Shown here: one piece after another, positions 1 to 12,750 of the stretch
How positions within the stretch are numbered: the first letter of the stretch is position 1
How the letters are laid out: each line of letters begins with the position of its first letter
Origin: Malacoraja senta
Taxonomy: Eukaryota
NCBI GenBank assembly: GCA_038087875.1
Contig: CM075999.1
Location: 1,056,001-1,120,000, forward strand
Direction: 5' to 3'
Length of the DNA stretch: 64,000 nucleotides
Position numbers and translations under genes: made by a program
Notes under the pieces: generated by a model
Seen by the model: only the letters and a program-made list of their open reading frames with translations
Told to the model about the DNA's origin: nothing
Databases searched by the model: none

Positions 1-53
1 CGGGGTCTCTGGCGCGGTAAGACAGCAACTCTATCGCTGCGCCACCGTGCCGC
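1..53 (-). mobile_element. HE1-like V-SINE, tRNA-derived 5' head (cut by window edge)
   Basis: Reverse complement reads GGCACGGTGGCGCAGCGATAGAGTTGCTG..., matching the head of the many SINE copies in the window. Confidence 0.8.
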
Positions 54-604
54 ACAAACTAACCCCCACCGCTCCCCCCCCCTTGATTTGCGTATTACTA
101 GATTGGTCCTAAATCCCTAGAAACTTCAGGCCAGCCAAGGTAATTGTAGTTGGAACAGAATAAAAAAAAGGCCATTAAATAAAATTGAATCTTGAATTAT
201 GCTCTGGTCAGAATATCAGATTGCAGAACATTCATTTGAAGGGAGACTGGAAAAATAATGTTTCATTTCTCTTTGAATTTTCATCAATGTTATTTGAATC
301 ATAGGAGCTGTTATGAAGTTAATTTGCAACACAAACTGCCACCTAAACTCAGCTCTGCATCACCGCTGATCCTCCGACCTGTTTGATACAAAGCACGATG
401 GTACTTGCATACAAATTAACATATTATGTTAATTGTGAAATGCTCTGGGTTTGATTTTGCATGCATAATTGTAACTCTTGGCCACTTTAATTGATTTGCA
501 CAGAAGTTGTGGGTGATTTTGCATTGCAAAGCAGTAAGATCATTCAAATGATAGACAACCATTCTGTTCCCTTGGTGGTTTGAGGAAAGCCTTTTGATGC
601 TTGT

Positions 605-728
605 CAGTCTGTTGCTGAAGGTGCCCCTCAGGTTGACCAGTGTGTCATGAAGGGGATGAGCTGCATTGTCCAAGATGCTCCGCAGTTTGAGGAGCATCCT
701 CCCCTTCAAGACCACCTCCCATGAATCC
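605..728 (-). mobile_element. Rex1/Babar-like LINE ORF fragment
   Basis: Encodes LLKLRSILDNAAHPLHDTLVNLRGTFSNRL, near-identical to the copies at 29988-30410 and 47765-48295. Confidence 0.7.
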
Positions 729-975
729 TATGCATATACAGTATATGGATGTGCATATCTATATACACATGTATATATATAGATACATAGTATGTATATA
801 TACATGTGTGTATAGATATGCACATGCACACATACGTACACATAAAAACAAACAATAATAGTGCAGTAATAACAATAATAGTCGATATAAGAATAATAAT
901 AATAATCTTTGGAAATGTAACAGTACAGCACCATTGAACACATGCACACACACAGAATCTCATTGCATACAGGCA
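729..975. repeat. (TA/CA)-rich low-complexity tract
   Basis: Degenerate TATA/CACA dinucleotide runs and (AAT)n. Confidence 0.8.
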
Positions 976-1202
976 TAAGATCAGCTCCTTGAACTTGATC
1001 TTAATTCAATTAGGCCATGACTCACCTACATTTTAGCTCCTTTAACTCCCACAGATAGTCTATAATAAGTTCCCTGTAGCCTTAATAATGTTCACACCGA
1101 TATTTCTTAAAGCTGGGAAGATTCCCTTAGCAAAAATAAATAAATATGTGTTTGTCTTTGATTTGTTCCTTGGATATTATTTGTACAGGACTATTGGGGA
1201 TT

Positions 1203-1783
1203 ATTTTTGGAACAACAGAAGCAAGTTTGGAGCTGACTGCGTTTCAAAGGAGTTTTCTTAGTTATGGTTTATTAACGGCAAAAAAACTGATATTGAAATT
1301 TTGGAAAAATGCCCCTACGCCAACAATAAAAATGTGGACTTCTAATATGTCGGAATTGTTACATTTAGAAGATATGAGATTCCTCCTAGCAGGTAAACAA
1401 GACCAATTCCAAAAGATTTGGTTGCCATATATCGACTTATTACAAACATAGGGTGCAACAAAATGTTGATAGTAAATGGTTTTAGGACCTGGCGAGGGGT
1501 GAGTAAAGATAAGAAGTAGACACATCCCTTTCATATTGTCCTATCTTATTTTCTTTTTTCTCTTTTTTTCTTTTCTTCTTTAACTACTTCTCGTGGTTTA
1601 GGTTCACAAGAGTGTTCCTGGACCACTTTCATTCACTCACTGACTATCTTTGCTAGCTCTTTCTATCCTTCTTTCTATTAAAGTTGAAAAACAGAAGTGG
1701 TACAAGAATTGTATAAAATTATGTTATTGCAGATAACTGTAATGTAAAATACTTCTAATAAAAAATAAAAAAATAATAAAAAA
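1203..1783 (+). mobile_element. 5'-truncated L1-clade LINE (ORF2 C-terminus, 3'UTR, A-rich tail)
   Basis: YGLLTAKKLILKFWKNAPTPTIKMW...WLPYIDLL is homologous to the L1 at 28101. AATAAA and A-rich tail at ~1757-1783. Flanked by a 120-bp direct repeat. Confidence 0.8.
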
Positions 1784-2419
1784 TAATAATGTTCGCACCG
1801 ATATTTCTTAAAGCTGGGAAGATTCCCTTAGCAAAAATAAATAAATATGTGTTTGTCTTTGATCTGTTCCTTGGATATTATTTTTACAGGACTATTGGGG
1901 ATTTTTTATTTCCTTGAAATAGGTTTGCTGTTAACTATGCTGAAAGCTCAAGAATTAGCTTGGACGAAGAAACTGACCTGTTTTCGGGTGTGGGCAAAAC
2001 CACGAGGAGATAATTGGTCCGAAGAAGGGTTCCGACCCTTGTCAGTTTGTTCTTTCTCTCCAGACATGCTGCCTGACCCACTGAGTCAATCCAGCATTTT
2101 GTGTCTACCTTGGGTATAAACCAGCATCTGCAGCTCCTTCCCACACAAGGAGATAATTAACCTTTGCAGTTAATGTCCTTATTTTGTCTTGGTTCCTGGT
2201 CACTTCTACTGACCAGGTATCCGGCCATTTTGAATATTCTCTGGTTCAGAGAGGAAAGTGGGGTGGGGGTTGGGAGAGGAGGAGATGTTTTGTTGTGGGG
2301 ATAGTGAAGGCTGGAAACGTCCCCGTGCAACGGAATGGAACTTTCACCCACAGATGTCCTGCCCCGCATCACGCCGTTTGGTAGAAGCAACGAGGGCAAC
2401 AAAAAGCATCATGGTGGTG

Positions 2420-2682
2420 CTTCATAAATTCATGTGTTAAAGGAGCAGAATTAGGCCATTTGGCCCATCATCTGGGCCACCATTCAATCATGGCTGATCT
2501 ATCTCTCCCTCCTAACCCCATTCTCCTGCCTTCTCCCCATAACCCCTGACACCCGTACTAATCAAGAATCTCTCTATCTCTGCCTTAAAAACATCAATTG
2601 ACAGCCCTCCACAGCCTTCCGTGGCAATGAATTATTCTTAAACTGTGACCCCTGGTTCTGGGCTCCCCCAACATTGGGAACT
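2420..2682 (-). mobile_element. CR1-clade LINE 3' fragment
   Basis: FPMLGEPRTRGHSL motif and CR1-type 3'UTR (GAATGGCCTAATTCTGCTCCT-like). Confidence 0.7.
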
Positions 2683-2698
2683 GTGCTGTCAGTACGTG

Positions 2699-2982
2699 AC
2701 AGTGCGCCAGGGACCCGGGTTCGATCCTGACTACAGGGTGCTGTCTGTACGGAATTTGTACGTACTCCCCATGACCTGTGTGGGTGTTCCCCGGGTGCTC
2801 CGGTTTTCTCCCACACACCAAAGACGTGCAGGTTTGTAGGCTAATTGGCTTTGGTAAAATTTGTAAATTGTCGCTAGTGTGCGGGATAGTGCCAGTGTAT
2901 GGGGATTGCCGGTCGGCACGGACTCGGTGGACCGAAGGAAGGGCCTGTTTGCGTGCTGTACCTCTAAACTAAACTACACTAA
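2699..2982 (+). mobile_element. HE1-like V-SINE (5'-truncated)
   Basis: B-box GGTTCGATCC, V-domain-like core, (CTAAA)n tail. Confidence 0.85.
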
Positions 2983-3510
2983 AGAACCATTGGACCATTA
3001 TTTGAAGGACTTAAACTCAGTGGGCAGAAGTCAGTAAATACATTCTCTAGGCATTGGCTCCAGTTCTGTCTGACATCAGACTGCAAGATTACAGCAAGTT
3101 ATTGCCAAATGAAAGGGGAGGTTGCTGGAAAACATTTTGTGATTCACAATTTCTTTAAATTGAAAGGACCTGAGAAACTGAAGTGTGGTAATTTTAGTAT
3201 AACATGTTCCAATGCAAGAAAAGTAACATGTGCCGCCTGCTTGTGCCCAGGTACCTCGCTTGGCACTGCCCTGCGGAATGCTGATTCACTGGTTCACCAC
3301 TCCAAGCATTCACAATCCAGTCATGCTGCATGCATCCATATCAGGGACATGGGACCCGGAAACGTTGCCGTAAACCCTGCCGCGCAATGGTGCTCCTGCA
3401 GTAAATATGGCCCGCAGGTGTGGAGAGAGGTTGGTGCTTTTTTAATTTCAAAAATAAAACTTATTCCAAAAAAATATAAACAAGAAATGCAAAAACTGTG
3501 CCTGGCTCTC

Positions 3511-4330
3511 TTACATAGATACATAGATACATAGAAAATAGGTGCAGGAGTAGGCCATTCGGCCCTTCGAGCCTGCACCGCCATTCAATATGATCATGGC
3601 TGATCATCCAACTCAGTATCCCGTACCTGCCTTCTCTCCATACCCCCTGATCCCCTAAGCCACAAGGGCCACATCTAACTCCCTCTTAAATATAGCCAAT
3701 GAACTGGCCTCAACTACCCTCTGTGGCAGAGAGTTCCAGAGATTCACCACTCTCTGTGTGAAAATGTTTTTCCTCATCTCGGTCTTAAAGGATTTCCCCC
3801 TTATCCTTAAGCTGTGACCCCTTGTCCTGGACTTCCCCAACATCGGGAACAATCTTCCTGCATCTAGCCTGTCCAACCCCATAAGAATTTTGTACGTTTC
3901 TATAAGATCCCCTCTCAATCTCCTAAATTCTAGCGAGTATAAGCCAAGTCTATCCAGTCTTTCTTCATATGAAAGTCCTGACATCCCAGGAATCAGTCTG
4001 GTGAACCTTCTCTGCACTCCATCTATGGCTATAATGTCCTTCCTCAGATTTGGAGACCAAAACTGTACGCAATACTCCAGGTGTGGTCTCACCAAGACCC
4101 TGTACAACTGCAGTAGAACCTCCCTGCTCCTTTACTCAAATCCTCTTGCTATGAAGGCCAACATACCATTCGCTTTCTTCACTGCCTGCTGCACCTGCAT
4201 GCCTACTTTCAATGACTGGTGTACCATGACACCCAGGTCTCGCTGCATCTCCCCATTTCCTAATCGGCCACCATTTAGATAATAGTCTGCCTTCCCGTTT
4301 TTGCCACCAAAGTGGATAACCTCACATTAT
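3511..4330 (-). mobile_element. Young CR1-clade LINE 3' fragment
   Basis: ORF 3655..4107: YRVLVRPHLEYCVQFWSP...RRLRGDLIETYK...FTQRVVNLWNSLP. (TCTATGTA)n tail. Confidence 0.95.
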
Positions 4331-4374
4331 TACAACCTTCAAATAAGCTCCGAACTACAAAGACTTGGGAAGTC

Positions 4375-4560
4375 TGCTTCGATCTGTCATTTTCACACCT
4401 TACCCTTCCATATCTCTAATCTCCCCCCTCTTTGACTCTCAGTCTCAACCCGAAACATCACCCATCCCTTCTCTCCAGAGATGCTGCCTGCCCCGCTGAG
4501 TTACTCCAGCATTTTGTGTCTATCTTCGGTGTACACCAGCATCTGCAGTTCCTTCCTGCA
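4375..4560 (+). mobile_element. Penelope-like element 3' fragment
   Basis: CCCGAAACATCACCC...GATGCTGCCTG...CCAGCATCTGCAGTTCC matches the 3' ends of the PLEs at 33590 and 43760. Confidence 0.7.
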
Positions 4561-4561
4561 T

Positions 4562-4895
4562 TCTGTAGAGTCCACAAACTCTGTGAATCACTTCCATCTG
4601 GAAGGCGACTCCGGAATGTCAAAGCTGCCACAGCCAGACATCAAAACAGTTTTTATCCACGAGTAGTTGCTCTACTCAACAGCCAAAAATCTGTAGCCTC
4701 CCTTTGATCTGGTATATTGTTGGTTCACATGCTTGATCAATGGTGTTTTATCATTAATGTTTTATTATTATTAATGTTTAGTGTTTTCTGAGTCATTCGT
4801 AACTGTCACTGTATGTCATGTTGTTACTTGTGGGCGGAGCACCAAGGCGAATTCCTTGTATGTGAATACTTGGCCAATAAACTTACTTACTTACT
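4562..4895 (+). mobile_element. Rex1/Babar-like LINE 3' end
   Basis: ESLPSGRRLR...NSFYPRVVALLN, then AATAAA and a (TTAC)n tail. Confidence 0.7.
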
Positions 4896-5886
4896 TCATA
4901 TCCCTCCAATCCCTGCATATTCTTGTGTCTCTCATCACCATGTAATCAATTGCCTTGTCTTCCATCAATACTTCCTTTGGTGTCTTGCATTAATTGGTTT
5001 CCCAGAACAAGGGATGATTTTAATGTGAAAACCGGCACAAATCATGTAGTGATATCTCGACAGTGTCTGCTCCGTTAGCCAAGACCATTTCTGTTAGTTA
5101 GAAAGAATTATGTTCCGGAGATGCCATAATGTTTACAGTGTTAATGTAAGAAAACATAATATATATTTTGATTATGCAGAATCAACAACAAGATATAAAA
5201 ATAATCTAATACCTCAGATTAAAAAAATGATGAGATGTTGACTGTGTTCAATTTAATCCAGTGAGGCTCGGAATTTATGAGAGCGTTAAATAGGCATAAA
5301 GAAGATTATTTAAATTTGGTGAATAATACTTGGTTAATTTAAAGTCACATTTTAAGTCCTGATCAATGATTCTAATTTTGAGTGAGTCTTTAGGGTTCAA
5401 ATGTTTTCTGTGCATCATTGAGAGAATAGCCACTTTAATTACATGACAAATGATAGCATTGTGATCAGTATAGAGAGGCAAGGTCTCAGAGAGGATCCAC
5501 CACTCCTTTAGTTTTAGGTTTATTATTGTCATGAGTACCGATGTACAGTAAAAAGCTTTATATCGCATGCCTTAGCCAGATCAGATAATACTGTACATAA
5601 AGAGAATCGTCAAACTCAAGTACAATAGGTAGAGCAAAGGGTGGAGAATATAGTTCTCAGCATTGTAATGCATCAGTTCCATAGGCAAAGTCCAATGTCT
5701 GCAATGGTGTAGAGGTGAATCAGACAGTACCCTAGCTTATGGAAAGACCATTCAGTAGCATAATAAAGAAGAGGCTGTCCACGTTAGCTCCACGTTTATC
5801 AATGAATTGTTTCTTGACTGTATTCAGATCCCTCCAAAGGTTTATTCCCTTCAATCTCTGTAAATTCCTCCAAGCCTCGAAGAACT

Positions 5887-6206
5887 GGGTGGCACAGCGA
5901 TAGAGCAGCTGCCTCCCAGCACCTGAGACCCGGGTTCGATCCTGACTGCAAGTGCTGTCCGAACTCGAGTTTGTACGTTCTCCCTGTGACCACGTGGGTT
6001 TTCTTCGGGTGCTCTGGATTCCTCCTTCATTCCAAAGATGTGCGGGTTTCTAGGTTACTTAACTTTTGCAAACTGCCCCTACTGTGTAGGATGCAAAAGT
6101 GGGATAACATGGAACTTGCCCGCAGGTGATCGCTGGTCGGCGGTGACTCGGTGGGCCGGAGGGCCTGTTTCCATGCTGTATCTCTAAACTAAAACTAAAA
6201 TTAAAC
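5887..6206 (+). mobile_element. HE1-like V-SINE
   Basis: tRNA-like A/B boxes, V-domain core, GGGCCTGTTTCC...(CTAAA)n tail. Confidence 0.85.
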
Positions 6207-6304
6207 TCAACACCCCTTCAATTCTGACTGCATGACTGTGGGTTTTAATCGTGCCATCACTGCCTACCGAGGGCCCTTAGCTGCCTGTGCCATGAATAAC
6301 AATG

Positions 6305-6606
6305 GGGCGGCACTGTGGCGCAGCGGTAGAGTTGCTGCCTCACAGCACCAGAGACCCCGGTTCAATCCTGACTACGAGTGCTGTCTGTACGGAGTTTGTA
6401 TGTTCTCCCCGGGATGGCATGGATCTTCTCGGGGTGTTCCAGTTTCCTCCCACATCTCCAAAGAGGTACAGGTTTGTTGGTTATTTGGCTTTAGTAAAGA
6501 TTGTCAATTGTCTCTAGTGTGTAGAATAGTATGGGGATCACTGGTCGGTGCCGACTCCAAGGGCCTGTTTCCATGCTGCATCTCTAAACTAAATTAAACT
6601 AAACTA
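6305..6606 (+). mobile_element. HE1-like V-SINE
   Basis: GGCGCAGCGGTAGAGTTGCTGCC head, GTTTCCTCCCAC core, (CTAAA)n tail. Confidence 0.85.
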
Positions 6607-7218
6607 ATCAGAATTCTTTCCAAACCCGCTCTGAACAACTGAAATCTTACTCTCCCTCTTTGAACAACCCTTTGGTCATCTTTCATGCTTTATATTAATA
6701 CATTAAAGAGCAGCAAGAATGAAAAATTGTAATGCCTTGCAGAATGTGTAGGAAGGTTCCAATGATGGAGATAATAAGACAGTATATTCCTCAACCAAGA
6801 GGTCAGAAACTGCAGGGTGCAGATACAAAGTAATTGCTAAAAGAGAAAGAAGTATTTTTTTCAAGCTGAGAAAGTGAAAGAGTCTGGGCTTAATGTCTGT
6901 GGGGGTGGTGGAGGCAGAAACCCCTTATCCCATTAAGTGACGCTTGCATGTAGACATCAAGAGCTGTGTCCTGTAGATACTTCCAGCCTAACAGTGGGAT
7001 TGAGCTGGGTAGCACTTTTGGCCCATACATAAATGACCACCTTCTGAGTCATATTCTTCCCTGGTTCTGTTCAAGCCGTTGAAGAAATTACAGACGGCAT
7101 ATTACATTTCTATATGCTGCTGAGATGTGAATGCTCATTCAGTTACATCCCGAGTAATGTAATCTTAATCATTTTGGCAGCAATTTTTGAAATTGATGGT
7201 TTCCCAGTGCTGTCTGGA

Positions 7219-7536
7219 CGGCGGCACAGTGGGGCAGTGGTAGAGTTGCTGTCTTACAGCGCTTACAGCGCCAGAGACCCAGGTTCGATCCCGACTACGG
7301 GTGCCCTTTGTACGGAGTTTGCACGTTCTCCCCGTGACAGCGTGGGTTTTCTCCGAGATTTTTGGTCTCCTCCCACACTCCAAAGATGTACAGGTTTGTA
7401 GGTTAATTGGCTTGGTGTATGTGTAAATTGTCCCTAGTGAGTGTAGGATAGTGTTAATGTGCGGGTATCGCTGGTCGGTGCGGACTTGGTGGGCCGAAGG
7501 GCCTGTTTCCGTGCTGTATCTCGAAACTAAACTAAA
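7219..7536 (+). mobile_element. HE1-like V-SINE, full length
   Basis: Complete head, B-box, core and tail. Confidence 0.9.
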
Positions 7537-7552
7537 ATCATACTGTATATGG

Positions 7553-7838
7553 TTAGTTTAGTTTAGAGATACAGCCCACCGAGTCCACACCGCCCAGCAA
7601 TCCCCGCACACTAACACAATCTTACACGCACTAGGAACAATTTGAATTTATACCAAGCCAATTAACCTACAAACCTGTACGTCTTTGGAGTGTGGGAGGA
7701 AAGCTAAGATCTTGGAGAAAACCCACGCAGGTCATGGGGAGAACGTACAAACTCTGTAGAGACCGCACCCGTAGGCAGGATCGAACCTGGGTCTCTGGCG
7801 CTGTAAGGCAACAACTCTACCGCTGTGGCACCATGCCT
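7553..7838 (-). mobile_element. HE1-like V-SINE
   Basis: Reverse-complement copy, tail-to-tail with the previous copy. Confidence 0.9.
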
Positions 7839-8026
7839 CCCTGGTGTACATTTGTACAGAGGTACAGTACAGCATGGAAACAGGCCCTTTGGCCAACCAA
7901 GTCCACGCTGACCATCGAACATCCTTCACATTAATTCTATTTTATTTTCCATCCACTCCCTACACACTCGGGGCAATTTACAGAGGCCAATTAACCTACA
8001 AGTCCACACATCTTTGAGATGTGAAA

Positions 8027-8345
8027 TGGTCACGGTGGCGCAGCGGTAGAGTTGCTGCCTTACAGCGAATGCAGCGCCGGAGACCCGGGTTCGAACCCGA
8101 CTACTGATGCTGTCTGTACGGAGTTTGTACGTTCTCCCCGTGACCTGCGTGGGCTTTCTCCGAGATCTTCGGTTTCCTCCAACATTCCAACGACGTACAG
8201 GTTTGTAAGTTAATTGGCTTGGTATAAATGTAAAAATTGTCCCTAGTGGGTGTAGGATGGTGTTAATTGCTGGTCGGCGCGGACCTGGTGGGCCGAAGGG
8301 CCTGTTTCCGCGCTGTATCTCTAAACTAAACTAAACTAAGCTAAA
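8027..8345 (+). mobile_element. HE1-like V-SINE nested in an older minus-strand SINE (7860-8025 + 8345-8480)
   Basis: Full copy. The flanks join into one minus-strand SINE. Confidence 0.85.
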
Positions 8346-9611
8346 CCGGAGCACCTAGAAGAAGTGCGTTCAGTCACAGGGAGTACATACAAACCCCACG
8401 CAGACAGCACCCGAACTCAGGATTGAACTCGGGACTCTAGCGCTGTGAGGCAGCAGTTCTACCTGCTGCGCCACTACGCCTTATACACGTACCAGCATCC
8501 CCTTTATAAGCATGCTTAAGTTAACAGAGAATATGCACTCTGGATACTTAGAATACAAAATGCCAACAGCCATGATATATATAATGTATGGTCCTCATCA
8601 ATACACCATCCCTTGCACGTACAGCGTGGGAGCCTGGTGTATTCAGACTTGCAGCTGGGACACATTTAATTTAAAATAAACAAAAATGCAGATGGTTAAG
8701 GAACAGTACTGTAAGGATAGTACTCTGGCATTCACAAAAAATCGACAACATTTCACATCTCAGTATACCGTGAGGAATCAAATGGCTTTTAAATTAACTG
8801 TGAGCAGAGAGAAATTGTTGGAGGATCTATTCATACAGAGACTCGGGTAGAATGCACTTCATACCGACTTAACCCGATTAATACAGTAACTGGACACACA
8901 TTTGCAAGCCTAACTGGGGTTTGCCTTCTCCGAACCCCGGTATTGTGGGTCTCCAAAAGAATTACAGTTAATTCCATAGAGAAATAAGCATGGAATCAGG
9001 CCCAAACCTACGGAAATGTTAATGATCAACTCATTCTTGAGTGAAATTCCCTCATTAGCCTTTCAAAATGTTGTCAAAACCAAAGATTTCCACATTAACA
9101 GAAGGATGATGGTCAACATATTCAACTTGTCACTTTAATGTCATGTTTCGTGTATTTTGTTGTGTTTTATGACTGTTGGCAGATCAATTTCCCTCCTGGG
9201 ATAAATAAAGTTCTATCGTATCGTTTCATACATCAGAATAATACTGGGACACAAGAGACTGCAGATGCTGGAATCTGGAGTTTACAATGAGCTGCTGGAG
9301 GAACTCTGGGGGTCAGACAGCATCCGTGGAAGCAGAGAGATAGCTGACATTTTGTTTCAAGATCATGTAGCAGAACAGGATAATATTCCCCTGCGAGGAT
9401 AATAAATTAATTCACTCTTACTGGAGAAACTATTCCATAGATTTGCAGCAAACAGACCAGATTAAGATTAGGATAAAATCAAGAAGTGGGGTCAAATTGT
9501 CATGGTGTGATAGAAATATAACAAGCAGGTTCGGGACAAACCTTTTGCAACTTGCATGGAAACTGTACAGGTTGGATCTCCTGTAAACATGGGAGTAAAT
9601 GTAGACATTAG

Positions 9612-9858
9612 AGTTTAGACCTTAGAGATACAGCGCAGAAATAGGCCCTTCGACCCACCGAGTCTGCACCGACCAGCGATCACCCCAGACACCAGCACTA
9701 TCATGCACACACTAGGGACAATTAACCTACAAACTGAGTGTGGGAGGAAACCGGAGCACCTGGAGAAAACCCACGCAGTTACTGGGAGAACGTACAAACT
9801 CCCTACAGACAGCACCCAGCAGTCAGGATCGAACCTGGGTCTCTGGCGCTGTAAGGCA
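9612..9858 (-). mobile_element. HE1-like V-SINE, 3' part (head continues at 11161-11199)
   Basis: Split by a CR1 insertion, with GTAAGGCA duplicated at 9851-9858 and 11161-11168. Confidence 0.85.
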
Positions 9859-11160
9859 AATCGTAAATGTACGAAAGGTAAATCGTGTCTGACGAATCTT
9901 ATAGAATTTTTCGAGGATGTAACTAGTAGAGTGGATAGGGGAGAACCAGTGGATGTGTTGTATCTGGACTTTCAGAAGGCTTTCGACAAGGTACCACATA
10001 AGAGATTAGGATACAAACTTAAATCACACGGTATTGGGGGTTCAGTATTGATGTGGATAGAGAACTGGCTGGCAAACAGGAAGCAAAGAGTAGGAGTAAA
10101 CGGGTCCTTTTCACAATGGCAGGCAGTGACTAGTGGGGTACCGCAAGGCTCAGTGCTGGGACCCCAGCTATTTACAATTTATATTAATGATCTGGATGAG
10201 GGAATTGAAAGCAACATCTCCAAGTTTGCGGATGACACTAAGCTGGGGGCAGTGTTAGCTGTGAGGAGGATGCTAGGAGACTGCAAGGTGACTTGGATAG
10301 GCTGGGTGAGTGGGCAAATGTTTGGCAGATGCAGTATAATGTGGATAAATGTGAGGTTATCCACTTTGGTGGCAAAAACGGGAAGGCAGACTATTATCTA
10401 AATGGTGGCCGATTAGGAAATGGGGAGATGCAGCGAGACCTGGGTGTCATGGTACACCAGTCATTGAAAGTAGGCATGCAGGTGCAGCAGGCAGTGAAGA
10501 AAGCGAATGGTATGTTGGCTTTCATAGCAAGAGGATTTGAGTATAGGAGCAGGGAGGTTCTACTGCAGTTGTACAGGGTCTTGGTGAGACCACACCTGGA
10601 GTATTGCGTACAGCTTTGGTCTCCAAATCTGAGGAAGGACATTATAGCCATAGAGGGAGTGCAGAGAAGGTTCACCAGACTGATTCCTGGGATGTCAGGA
10701 CTTTCATATGAAGAAAGACTGGATAGACTTAGCTTATACTCGCTAGAATTTAGGAGATTGAGAGGGGATCTTATAGAAACGTACAACATTCTTATGGGGT
10801 TGGACAGGCTAGATGCAGGAAGATTGTTCCCGATGTTGGGGAAGTCCAGGACAAGGGGTCACAGCTTAAGGATAGGGGGAAATCCTTTAAGACCGAGATG
10901 AGGAAAAACTTTTTCACACAGAGAGTGGTGAATCTCTGGAACTCTCTGCCACAGAGGGTAGTTGAGGCCAGTTCATTGGCTATATTTAAGAGGGAGTTAG
11001 ATGTGGCCCTTGTGGCTAAAGGGATCAGGGGGTATGGAGAGAAGGCAGGTACGGGATACTGAGTTGGATGATCAGCCATGTTCATATTGAATGGCGGTGC
11101 AGGCTCGAAGGGCCGAATGGCCTACTCCTGCACCTATTTTCTATGTATCTATGTATCTAT
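9859..11160 (+). mobile_element. 5'-truncated young CR1-clade LINE (RT domain to 3' tail, frameshifted)
   Basis: RT motifs [33 protein letters not shown]1 C-terminus RPHLEYCVQ; (TCTATGTA)n tail; 8-bp TSD. Confidence 0.97.
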
Positions 11161-11519
11161 GTAAGGCAGCAACTCTACCGCTGCGCCACTGTGCTGCCCA
11201 GCATTCTCTTGCAGGGTGGCACGGTGGCACAGTGGCACAGCGGTAGTGTGATCACAGGGATGAATGGTGATCAAAAACATGCAGCTTTAAACGGGACTCT
11301 AGTTGTAACTAAAATTTAAACTAAAATATTATGGTGTGTTCAAATAGATAGCATATTTGTATAGTTTTTGTCATCACAATTAACCATCAAAGACATTTTG
11401 ATTTGTCCTATTTTATTATCTGTTACATGTTCAATTGACTTCAGCAATAAAAGTATCAAAGAGGTGGGTGGGCAAGTCAGTCTCTCTAACAAAGTGCTTC
11501 CTGTTACCACCCTTGCTAG

Positions 11520-12750
11520 CTGAGGTCTGTTAGGTGTGAAGTGCTCTCGGGGCTGCTGTACTTGGCGCAAGTGTGGCCTGTCCCTCCCTCCTCCGCCACA
11601 GGGATCACCCGGGCCGTCTTCCAGTTCATCTGGGGGTCGAGGATAGACCGGGTGTGACGGGCCACAATGTACAAGTCAGCAGACAACGGGGGTAAAAGCG
11701 TGCCCAACGTCGCCCTCACCCTGATGGCCACCTTTGTGTGTAGAACCAAGGCACGTGGGCACCAAGTGTCACTACCTGCTGAGGTTCTACCTGTCCCCGG
11801 TGTTGCGAAGGATGGGCCTGGCGCAGATGCCATGCAATGTGCCAGTCAGCTGGACATTGCCGCCCCATCTGTCGTCTGTGGAAAGGTTCTTCCGGACCAA
11901 CACCTTTGACCACATGTCCATTGGGCAGTGGTCAGCACGGAATGTCCTGCAGGCACTGCAGGGAAAGGACTCGATGGATCCGGTGGCGTGGTTCCCAGAG
12001 CAGACTGCCCAGCTTGTCTGGCAAAATGCCTCATCGCCAGAACTCACCAACAAGCACCAAGACTTGGCTTGGCTGGCGGTGAGGGGAGCCCTCCCAGTCA
12101 GATCCTTCCTGCACCGTCGGAACCTCACTGCCAGCGCACGCTGCTATGGAGAGGAGACGGTTGCCCACCTCTTTGCAGAGTGTGGATTTGCAAAAAGAGT
12201 CTGGAGAAGTATGCAAGGGTCCCTGGAACGCTTTATCCCGAACAGCTCCGTCACAGAGGACTCTGTGATTTACGGACTGTTCCCAGGGACACATTCAGAG
12301 ACTGATATCGAGTGCTGCTGGAGGGTCATCAACTCGGTGAAAGATGCTCTTTGGTCTGCCCGAGCGTTGTTCACCACCCAGCAGAGCGAGATGTCCGTCA
12401 GGGAATGTTGCCGACTGGCCCGTTGCAGACTGCAGGAGTACGTGCTGAGGGACGCACTGAAGCTCGGTGCAGCCAACGCCAAGGCTGGGTGGGGGAGGGC
12501 CACAGTCTAGGGTCCTTCCGCTGCTGGTCATGGGGGGCACGGTATGGTGGAGATGCCCCTCAAAATAAGGGAGGGTATCCCACGCCAGGAGGCCACATGA
12601 GTGGCACGGGTGGGGGATGGATCTGTGGAATTTGAAAAAATGTATTAACTGCATTGAACAACTTGTATAGCCTCCGAAAATGTCGGATGAATTTTTCGCA
12701 CGGTTCATGTATTGTATATATTTATTACTTGAATAAAGTCTATTTTGAAA
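11520..12750 (+). mobile_element. Tx1/L1-clade LINE 3' fragment (ORF2 C-terminus with zinc-binding region)
   Basis: VFQFIWG..., NGGKSVPN, DLAWLAVRGALPVRSFL, EETVAHLFAECGFAKRVW; AATAAA at ~12732. Confidence 0.8.

Noticed and set aside
706..976. Hydrophobic or Cys/Tyr-rich ORFs
   Set aside because: Translations of low-complexity (TA/CA)n sequence.
3109..3534. 141-aa ORF with an AG/GT-bounded open segment (~3251-3417)
   Set aside because: No known domain, weak acceptor context and no partner exons found.
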